Below, in pieces: positions 10,103 through 19,550 of a stretch of 64,000 nucleotides of DNA (the first letter of the stretch is position 1; each line of letters starts with the position of its first letter). Origin of the DNA: Iphione sp. A-MEVVRFRX5 (Eukaryota). A program made the translations under genes and the position numbers. The notes under the pieces are model-generated. The model was not told the origin of the DNA and searched no databases. It was given only the letters and a program-made list of their open reading frames with translations. The stretch lies in NCBI GenBank assembly GCA_976226885.1, contig OZ320317.1, forward strand, positions 63,674,001-63,738,000, in the 5' to 3' direction.

Positions 10103-13100
10103 ATGGGAAGGACACGGACCAAGGCCGCTAAATCATGCAAGAAGTCAAAGAAGCCTGCGACTACCTCAGACCCCAATTCTACGGAACCTGAGCGGGGTAC
10201 GAACTGGGCCATGGAAGACTTGGTAAAGGCTGTGCATTTGTTGTTCAAGTACGAGCTGAACAATGCTAAGGCCTTCGAAGGACCTGGAGCGAAAGCCCGC
10301 AAAGAGAAGGCATGGACAGAGATGATCGCGGAGTTCAATGAGTGAGTACTTCACGGAATTCCTTACTATCTATTTATAATTTATTACGTATTATGTATTA
10401 CGTGTGACGATTGTGGGCGGTATGAGGCACTTTAATAACGGATCTGTTTCAGAATGATTTTTTTTGTTGATGCTCGTATCACGTATTATGTATTACCTTT
10501 TATATGTTACGTAGTCTATGTTCGGATGAAAAGTTTTGCCTAAGCGTGAAGTATTCATGTATGTCAAAAATGTGCGATAATTTTTTTTGTGTGAATTTTC
10601 GTATCACGTATTGTGTATTATGTATTATGTATGCCGTATTATGTATCCCGTATTACGTCTTATGTATCACGTAATGAGGTTCTTGTATCGGTAAACTTTG
10701 TATTTTTTATTGTCTGTACAAGTTATTCGGTATTGGCTCCTATGCGCATATTTATTATATAGCATATTTGTGACTGCTCATTACGAAAGTAACGAAATTC
10801 GGTTAGAACCGTCCTAAGATAAGAGTCCATTTGCACGATCAACGGTCAGGGGCAATGTGTAGTGACCCCCTGGGGTTGGAATTAATTTTTCACTGGGGTC
10901 TGTTTCCTGCCTCGATCAACGGTCGGAGGCAATGTGTCCTGACCCCCTGGGGTTGGAATTAAGTTTTCAGTGTGGTCTGTGTCCTGCCATGATCAACGGT
11001 CGGAGGCAATGTGTCATGACCCCCTGGGGTTGGAATTAATTTTTCAGTGTGGTCTGTTTCCTGCCACGATCAACGGTCGGAGGCAATGTGTCGTGACCCC
11101 CTGGGGTAGGAATTAATTTTCCAGTGTGGTCTGTTTCCTGCCTCTATCATCGAAGTGTTACATTGCGCTTATACATGTTATACATATCACCCCACCACCA
11201 CAGGAAATTAAATGTATTTCCTTTCATTCTGTAGGATTGCCCTGGAACCCCACGATAAAGATGGCATCCTGGAACGGATGAAGGGAGTCCGTATCTGAGG
11301 TAACAGAAGTTTGCAACTTTTCCACTGTGATTAGTTACCGAATGCAATTCATTGATGTGATCCCACCCGATAATGTCTTTTGTCATCATTACAATGCCTA
11401 GTATGTCCACCCTATTTGTTCTCCCTAGATCGCGCCGCCAAAAACGCTATGTTGGCCACAGGCGGTGGGGGCCAAGTAAGAGTGGGAGAAGATGTGGATG
11501 TCTGGCGGCAATATGAACCCGATCATGCCATGCCATTCCAGGGTCCAGGCGCCCCCGATTGCAGTAAGTAGTGAGTGCAGTCTCTTCAAAAATGATTGTA
11601 ACATTCCTCACTGATTTGTACCTCCAAGACCCCCGCTCATCGTATGTATTGTCTGATTCCAGTCGGTGAACGTAGCCCACAGTCTCAGGCCCTCGCCAAC
11701 CGTAACTGCCCCACGCCTCCTGATGCAGATGTGTGGGCATCCGTAGACGACGAAGAGGAGGAAAACGTGGACGACGAGGCAGTGCAATGGACCCAAGGAG
11801 AGGGTTTTGCTACAAGCACACCTGCCACAGATGCTGCTCGTAAGCCGCCAGCCAGGTGCAACGGTGGCAACAACAACAGAGGGGCGAGCTCGTCGTTACT
11901 TGCCGCCCTCAATAGAAGCTCCGCTCCTGAAGCCGCATCTACTTCCTTCGGTGGGTCCTCCCAAGACACACAAGACATGTCTGCGATTGGACCGTCACCT
12001 CAGGTAGCAGTGCCTGTTATGGTGTACCAACCCCCTGCCAGCGGCACGTACACCAACTTGCAGAGTGTGGCCCGCAACGGGGTTCCTACGGAAGCTTCAC
12101 AGGAAATGAGCTTCATGTACACACAGATGCCCAGCCAGCCTCCTTATGTGAGCCAGACCATGAGTCAGATCGACCCTGAGAGCCAGAACACGAGCCAGGG
12201 TCCGAGCATGAGTCAAGGCCACACTCAGAGCATGAGCCAGGGTCTTAGCATGAGCCAAGGCCACACTCAGAGCCTGAGCCAAGGTCCGAGCATGAGTCAA
12301 GGCCGCACTCAGAGCATGAGCCAGGGTCTTAGCATGAGCCAAGGCCGCACTCAGAGCATGAGCCAAGGACAGAGCAGCAGTCAAGCTTGCATACAGAGCA
12401 TGAGCCAGTGTCCGGTCGCCAGTTTAGGCCACAGTCAGAGCACAAGCCAAGGTCCCAGCACGAGCCAGCCCCAAAGCATGAGTCAGAGTCAAAGCCAGAG
12501 CATACTGGGTTGCTCCAACGGTACCGTCCAAGGCACCTCTGCCACAGTCCAGGCGAAGACGAAGAAAGGCACGAGCAACAGGACCACCATCGCCAGTACA
12601 CTGGTGTCAAGTAGCTCCCAGCCACCCTCAAAGAAACCACGACTGAGTAAGTGGACGAATAAGTTATAGGCCTCAGTAAATGACGTACCTGCGAGCTGTT
12701 TTGTTTCTTTGAATAACGACATTTACCTATACGTACAATTTGCAATAAACCATCTGAGTAACCACTAGCAATTGTTCTTTTTTCAACAGAGCGAGCGGAG
12801 AAGGGGGTGCAGACGAGAGAAGAACTACTGGCCAGAGAAATTGATAGCGCCACTGCGAAGATGGATGCAATGGATAAGGACGACGAGCGGAGGGAGAAGA
12901 TAGCGGACAAGCGCCTCCGTCTAGCCGAGAAGGAAAGCAAACTGAAGGACGCCGCGCTTACATCCGCTGACAAGAGGGAGAAGCTGGCTGACTATCAGTT
13001 GGACAGAGAACAGGCCAGAGAGGCCAGAGAAGTAATTGAAAGTGGCCTGCGCTGCATGGAAGGTTCGAGGGCTGGCCGTGCAAGCCGAGGCCATAACATA

Positions 13101-13457
13101 CGAAATCCGGGCTGTGTCCGACGCCGCTGCACATGCCTCCACTCACAAAAGTAAACAGGTGCGTATTTGTTCAATTAGCATGTTTAATAGCTCCACACCC
13201 AAAGAAAAAAAAATACGTGATACGGAATTGTTACGTGATACATGCAAATTATGATTAAATGATTTTAACGTAATATCGAGTCGGATATTTTTTTATTAAG
13301 TGTTCATCGCCTTGAATTGCAGAGCATTGCGACGCAAACTGTGGAGGACGGTGTCCGATTCGACAGGCAAATGAAACGGCTAAGGAAACTACACCGCTGC
13401 ATGACCGAGGATGGACAACATTTCAGCAGCGACGACGAGGGCGAAAGCACATCGTGA
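10103..13457 (+). CDS. Harbinger Myb/SANT-like DNA-binding protein, 6 exons (10103-10341, 11235-11299, 11429-11563, 11663-12646, 12790-13158, 13323-13457), ~641 aa; in-frame TGA at 11296-98 and one inferred extra base in exon 5
   Basis: RGTNWAMEDL...KEKAWTEMIAEFNE...ILERMKGVRI*DRAAKNAMLATGGG is a trihelix-type Myb/SANT pattern followed by TGGG. All introns are GT-AG with matching phases; C-terminal coiled coil; AATAAA at ~13576. Confidence 0.85.
10834..11143. repeat. Minisatellite, 4 x 77 bp, in intron 1 of the Myb/SANT gene
   Basis: GATCAACGGTC recurs at 10837, 10914, 10991 and 11068; there are no unique spacers. Confidence 0.95.
12130..12500 (+). repeat. Coding tandem repeat (SQG-x-SM-SQG-x-TQSM, ~14 aa / 42 bp) in Myb exon 4
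   Basis: SQGPSMSQGHTQSMSQGLSMSQGHTQSLSQGPSMSQGRTQSMSQGLSMSQGRTQSMSQG in ORF 11644-12669. Confidence 0.9.
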
Positions 13458-13967
13458 AAATATGCAAAAACAGCTGTAAAATTTGTCCTGAGTTGGTAAA
13501 AGTCTGCATGCAAGAAAACGATATCTGTAGCGGTCAATACCGTCTGCCCTTGTTGCTGTTTGACTTGTTTTTTGAATAAAGTCTTTATCATATACTCGAC
13601 TCTTTATCAGCCAGTCACTGTAGATAAGGGGGAGAGACTGAAGATGTATTCCGTCGGGGAGTAAGAGGGAGGGGGTTTGTGGTTTGTGGTTTCAGGAGGG
13701 CTACATGCGTCTTGAATATGCGGGTTTGTGGTTTCAAGAAGATACTGCCTGGGAAACCGCAGACAGGCGCCTAACCGCATGGACCGCGACATGATTGGGT
13801 AGTTAAGGTCGCTAGGCAACGGTGCGCTATGGATTGCCATGCGGTGGGGTGATCGACGCGCTTCATTGGTGCGCACCCCCTTACAATAGGAAACTTCGCC
13901 GCCAGCTCAGACACCTGTTATCCAGCCAAGAGTGAAGACACTAACTTCTAGGCACTTATCCAGCGAC

Positions 13968-16900
13968 ATGGGGTCAGTGTTTTGCAAGCTTATTTACGTC
14001 AATTTACATCTCTTTCATTAGGATGGATACCTTCTACACCCGCAAGATGAATGAAGGATCGACTGTAATATTATATTTGCTAATTTCAGACGCAAGAATC
14101 TCGGCCCGAGAGCCCCTAGGACAGCTGGAGCTTTGGCCACCTACCGCTACCGCGAGCGTGAGAAGGCCAAGGGACCAGAATTCCTGGAAAGCGAGCGTCG
14201 GCAGGTAGCGGCTATCCGTAAGTGTGCAATGAATTTTAAGTAACTGATGTGTGCTTCATGTGTTATGACCACCGGTGGGTGGCAGTAATTTTGCGCGTCT
14301 TTCCTCTGACACATTATGTTAGGTGGCCAGTACAGGCCAGGTGTGTGTTCCTACATATGTTAGGTGGCCAGTACAGGCCAGGTGTGTGTTCCTACATATG
14401 TTAGGTGGCCAGTACAGGCCAGGTGTGTGCTTCTCCATATGTTAGGTGGCCAGTACAGGCCAGGTGTGTGTTCCTACATATGTTAGGTGGCCAGTACAGG
14501 CCAGGTGTGTGTTCCTACATATGTTAGGTGGCCAGTACAGGCCAGGTGTGTGTTCCTACATATGTTAGGTGGCCAGTACAGGCCAGGTGTGTGTTCCTAC
14601 ATATGTTAGGTGGCCAGTACAGGCCAGGTGTGTGATCCTACATATGTTAGGTGGCCAGTACAGGCCAGGTGTGTGATCCCACATATGTTAGGTGGCCAGT
14701 ACAGGCCAGGTGTGTGATCCCACATATGTTAGGTGGCCAGTACAGGCCAGGTGTGTGATCCTCCATATCTAAGGCCGTGCCTCCTTAGGTTAGGTCGTCT
14801 TATATGGCAATATGCCACGGTTACTGTTTTAGGGCGGCGGCAAGTGATCCCCTCGGACGATTCCGAGGCCACAGAGCTGTACTCACTCTCCGAGCAAGGC
14901 TCTCCCCCACACGACGAGCCCCCCCAAGAAGAACCGGTCGGTCCTGAACAAGAGGAGGACGACGAACGGGAAAGGTCCGCGTCCGAGGTTGAAGAGGACC
15001 AAGAGGAGGACGACGAACGGCAAAGTTCCGTGTCTGAGGCTGAACAGGAAGATGCGGCCCAGGAACCACCAGCCGGCCCTGCTGACCAGCCAGACGGCGA
15101 AGACGCCCACCGTCTCCAACCGCTGGCGATGTTGCGGCTCCCATTGAGGCAACCACTCGAGGCGCCCCCACAGCCGGTAGTAGAAATTGATGTCGCTGAG
15201 GGACCTGCCCTCGACCACAGACAGCCCGAGGAGGAGGAGGCGCCCCCAGAACCGGAAGTCCAGGAGGACCTCGCTGAGGGACCAGCAGCCCTCGACCACA
15301 GACAGCCCGAGGAGGAGGAGGCGCCCCCAGAACCGGAAGTCCAGGAGGACCTCGCCGAGGGACCAGCAGCCCTCGACCACAGACAGCCCGAGGAGGAGGA
15401 GGCGCCCCCGGAACCGGAAGTCCAGGAGGACGTCACCGAGGGACCAGCCCTCTTCTGGGCTGAGCGAGTGGAGCCACTGCGAGCTGGTGTCAAGGTGGCT
15501 CTCAAGAGTAAGGACGTCTAACTTCTTACAGTATTTAAATATCAGTGTTGTTTTTAACTTCACATATTGCGATCAATTCCTGTCTTGGTAATGGTGTGGA
15601 CTGCCATTTGTGTAACATGTATCATGTAATCGCGTATCTTGTATCACATATGCTGTAATACCGTATTGCGTAACACATAACTTTTTTGGGTTGCCTAATT
15701 TAAAGTTCCTACTTTATATTTGTAGCAAACGCAGGCGTCTGGTACGGCAGCGCGCTGGTCGCCATGAAACGACGGGGCGACACCACAGTCGCCAAGGACG
15801 AGGAGAGGCTGGTCACCTCGATCCAAATTCTGGACGGGTGGAGTGCTCCCATAACCGAGGCTGTCCAGCTGTGGTCGCTGGAGAGCAATGAGGAGGAGGC
15901 GCGCTACCATGCAAGGACGACCGCTCAGCCAGGTAATAGGCTCACCATCCGAGACCCCCACACCTGTACAGCGCACCAGCCACCGTACTGCATCGATCTG
16001 ACCGACGACGCAGAGGCACCACACGACCAGGCAGACGACAGAGGACAACAGGCGCCACACGACCTGACAGACGCCCGGACACAACAGACGGCACACGACC
16101 TGACAGATGACCAGGCACAACAGACAGCACACGACCTGACAGATGACAGAGGACAACGAGCACCACACGACCTGACAGACGACCGCACACAACAGACAGC
16201 ACACGACCTGACAGACGACAGAGGACAACGAGCACCACACGACCTGACAGACGACCGCACACAACAGACAGCACACAACCTGACAGACGACCAGGCACAA
16301 CAGGTACCACACACACACACACACGAGCAGACACAACAGACAACACACACACACACAGACGACCAGACACGTCCGACGCCACAGACACACACAGACGAGC
16401 AGACACGACAGACGCCACAGGCAGAAGGGGACTTCTGTTTCATCCAGGCTCTCAACACGCCGGATACACCCGGATGGAGATTAAGAGGCGCCGAGCAGCC
16501 GGTGACATCACGAGCCGGAGGCAAGAAGAAGAAGGGGAAGGGCATAACAACACCGTCGGCCCCCGCCCCCCCCCCCCCCGAAAACAGCACGGAAGCGGTC
16601 GGCACCCCGGCAAAAGAAGCCCTCCAAAAGGCAACGCCTGCTGGCAGCCAGTGAGCAGGCATTGGCAGCGTGGGGAGAGAACCCCGTCACTGCGGTGCAG
16701 GAGTTGGGTTGGGAGGACATTGCCCCACCAGCTCCCACTTCTCCCCTGCCCCTGCCTGCGGAAACCCAGCCCACTTCACCTGACCCTCCCACGACCACAC
16801 CGCCGCGTAACCCAAGGCCTCCACCTCCCTCAACCAGGATCAGCCAAGAAGGCCCGCGATCGCGATTCCAGGCGGTGGACCCTGCATCACCGGCTGCCGA

Positions 16901-17030
16901 GCAGGCGATAAAGCTCGAGGTGGAGCGACTGATGGCCAGAGGCGGTCAGGTCAACGAGGAGGACTTTGTGCAGCTCATGGCTGCCATGGAGCAAGTCCGT
17001 CCGTCAGGACGGCACATGCACGTGCCTTGA
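13968..17030 (+). CDS. Third Harbinger gene of unknown function, 4 exons (13968-13972, 14090-14217, 14833-15507, 15726-17030), ~703 aa after removing one extra C in the poly-C run at ~16561-16579
   Basis: All junctions are GT-AG with consistent phases (2,1,1). Product: MGRKNLGPRAPRTAGALATYRYREREKAKGPEFLESERRQ..., acidic repeats, PLRAGVKVALKTNAGVWYGSALV..., xDLTDD repeats, KKKKGKG, KKPSKRQRL, Pro-rich segment, C-terminal helix. Confidence 0.8.
14314..14765. repeat. Minisatellite, 11 x 41 bp, in intron 2 of the third gene
   Basis: Unit ATATGTTAGGTGGCCAGTACAGGCCAGGTGTGTGTTCCTAC, head-to-tail, with variation confined to the last ~7 nt. Confidence 0.96.
15195..15450 (+). repeat. Coding repeat, 3 x 81 bp (EGPAALDHRQPEEEEAPPEPEVQEDLA)
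   Basis: Visible in ORF 14733-15521; near-identical DNA units. Confidence 0.93.
15990..16420 (+). repeat. Coding repeat, ~11 x 36 bp (HDLTDD-xxQ-xxx)
   Basis: CIDLTDDAEAP followed by HDLTDARTQQTA / HDLTDDRGQRAP-type 12-aa units that degenerate to HTHTDD at the 3' end. Confidence 0.93.
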
Positions 17031-17471
17031 TGAACTTGTTTGCAATTCAGTGAACATTCCAATATTTTATTGCAGGGGCCATTATCAAACCTTATTTTCA
17101 CATGTATCATGTTTATTTCCTATTTTATTTAAAAATTGAAAAAAAAATTGAAATCCTGCCTACGTAATCACGTAAAACTTTTATTTCATTTTAGCATACA
17201 GATACTTCGAATAAAGGATACAGATAACGGTTCAATCGTGAGTTTTTATATCTACTTGCTTGATGACACATACAAACACTTTTGAAAACCATTTACAGTG
17301 CGGGTCCTGCATAAGATGACACAAACAGACCGGATGATGGACCAGTTAGGACACTACGTGCCTGAGACAGGTAGCAGCGATGAGTGTTCGGAAGGCATCA
17401 GTGACAGCCCGAGGACAATCCAGGAAACACCCCCAATGGAACTTGAAGGGTGAGGAAGGGGTGAGGTGGAT

Positions 17472-19285
17472 TTAGCTGAAGTACTGGTTAATGATCTGTT
17501 GGCGAAAGACTGCCCCATTAACAGCCACATCGTCGTTGTTAAGCTCGGGCGGGGGGGGATTTCTTCCGGGTCATGTAGATAGATATCTCTGAGGGGTCTG
17601 ATCGCTTCGAGAATCTCATCACGCTGGCGGACACCCAAGTTGTGCAGAATCGCTGCAGCCTTAATCATTGTTGCACATCGGGTTGGTCTGAAGTTCATCC
17701 TCTTGGACAACATGCCGAAACGTCGTTTCAGAACGCCAAAGGTTTGTTCTATTAGAACTCGGGTGTGGGTATGGGCATCCTGGTACCTGTCCTCAGACTC
17801 GTTCAGTACTTGGTTCTTGCGGAATGGCGTCAAGCACCTCCTTAGGCAGGCGTATCCACTGTCGCCCAGGAGGTGGCTGGGGCCGCGCATGGGCTCAAGA
17901 TAACGTTGGAAAACTTTGCTTTGTCGGAATATCCGAGCATCATGAACACTACCAGGCCAGCAAGCTACAATGTCTCTAATACGTTGCTTGTGGTCGCAAA
18001 CAGCCTACAAAAGAAAATTTCACATGTGTTAACCATCGGCGGTGTCCTTGGGTATGCGAGCAATGAAAACATGTCACAATTTAATGATTTCAGCAGGACT
18101 TTTTTAAGGCTATATTAGATCACCTAATTATTCTAACAATCACATCATTTACCTGTATGTTCAACGAGTATTCAGTCTTCCTGTCAACATATTCCGGGTG
18201 TCTAGTGGGAGGGCGAATGATGAGGACATGAGTACAGTCAATGCATCCGATGACAAAAGGAAACCCAGCCATTTTGCGAAATTCCCTCATTATACCATGT
18301 CGCTCCTCTTGTCCCGGCAGATAAAGGAACTCAGCATGCATGGTGTCGACAATGGCCAGAGCAACCCGGTGGACGGTACGACATATGGTGGGCCCCGATA
18401 CCTTGATGATGTCTGCAACAACATCCTGTATGCTACCTGTACAAACACAACACATTAGACGCCTTATTAGACTGAACGGACCCGCATCGGCAGTGCTAGA
18501 ACAACAGATATGGCATGACATGAGCAGAAGAAAACGGAACATTCAAATTGAGGATTCATGAAATAAAATACGAAAGAAAAATTTAGTTGTCTGTTACTAT
18601 GTAAGGAAATGTGGATAGGTGAGGACATGTACACAAACACCAATTAACAGTAACCTTAACGCCGAAAGAATTACGTGAAGCAAAAGAAAATGATCTTACG
18701 TCATACGTGATACCAAAATATTACACATGAACCAGTATAACATGAAATCAGTATATAACTATTGCAATCAACGCAATGTACAGATTGACATGGTTTGGAA
18801 AATACCTAATACGTAATACATCTTACATGATACGTGATACGTGATACATGTTACGTGATACGAAAAGTTCAAAAAAAAAAATTCCTACCTGTAGCAAGAT
18901 AACGCAGGAAGAGCACGGCTTGTATCAGAGGGGGGAGCGCAGGGCCTCTTTTACGTCTTTGCTCCAAACGACCTTTCACATAGTCAACCAGTATGTAGAT
19001 ATTATGACTGTAGAAACGATATTTTCGACAGATCTCCTTTTCCTTTAGAGTCTCTAATGGATTGAAAGGGTCAACCAACCTACGAGCTACAAATTCCTGA
19101 CCGTAATGTCGACGAGCATGATGGACCTCGCGGAATTCCACAGGTTCATCTTCCAAAACAAAATCCTCCTCATCCACTTCGTCTGCGTCAAGGTTCTCCA
19201 CAGCATCGTGGAATACTCCTTCCTCCTCTTCTGACAAAATTTCTTCCAAAAGATCACGTTCTTCGCCCAAATTATTCGTCGCCAT
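17472..19285 (-). CDS. Harbinger/PIF DDE transposase, 3 exons (19285-18889, 18436-18153, 18004-17472), ~404 aa; one base missing in the G8 run at 17551-58
   Basis: KYRF, LRYLATG, GFPFVIGCIDCTH, YVDRKTEYSLNIQAVCD, WPGSVHDARIF, LLGDSGY, RVLIEQTFGVLKRRF, AAILHN; the restored frame ends GAVFRQQIINQYFS*, a typical Harbinger C-terminus. Confidence 0.95.
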
Positions 19286-19529
19286 GATGTTTCTCCCTCG
19301 ACCTCTCCCGCCAAAGTGGTAAACTTACCCTGCCTCCTATAGGGGTGGTAGGAAAAGTGGGTCAGAGCTGTCAAAACACCCCTTTCCAGCAGGGTAAACA
19401 CGTTACAGCAAGCGGCACCCCCTCTGAGCGGGTTAACGACGGGTTAAACGCCGTGGTAAAGGGTTACAGCAAGCGACACTAATTTTCGCGCGTGGTAGTC
19501 GGCCAGGGTAATTTTAATGAGGGTGGTAA

Positions 19530-19550
19530 GTGCATTACAGCAGCCGGCCC
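19530..19550 (-). repeat. Right TIR of the Harbinger
   Basis: Reverse complement of 9781-9801 with 2 mismatches. Confidence 0.93.

Larger units (their letters stand above)
9781..19550. mobile_element. PIF/Harbinger DNA transposon, ~9.77 kb, three genes
   Basis: TIRs GGGCCAGCTGCTGTTATGCAC (9781-9801) and GTGCATTACAGCAGCCGGCCC (19530-19550), 19/21 identical; flanks CTG and CAG; encodes a Harbinger DDE transposase and a Myb/SANT-like protein. Confidence 0.95.

Noticed and set aside
11296-11298. Selenocysteine or programmed readthrough at the in-frame TGA of the Myb gene
   Set aside because: I recognised no SECIS-like structure, and a CGA-to-TGA CpG transition explains it more simply.
12097-12973. 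Minus-strand ORFs over Myb exons 4-5
   Set aside because: Antisense shadows of the SQ repeat and coiled-coil codons.
14314-14765. CRISPR-like appearance of the 41-bp and 77-bp arrays
   Set aside because: The units are head-to-tail without unique spacers, lie in spliceosomal introns and have no cas genes nearby; they are minisatellites.
14729-16662. Long minus-strand and alternate-frame ORFs (14729-15505, 14883-15563, 15695-16390, 15925-16662, 15942-16418)
   Set aside because: They are shadows of the coding tandem repeats of the third gene (Cys/Val/Ser-rich low complexity) and have no splice or domain support.
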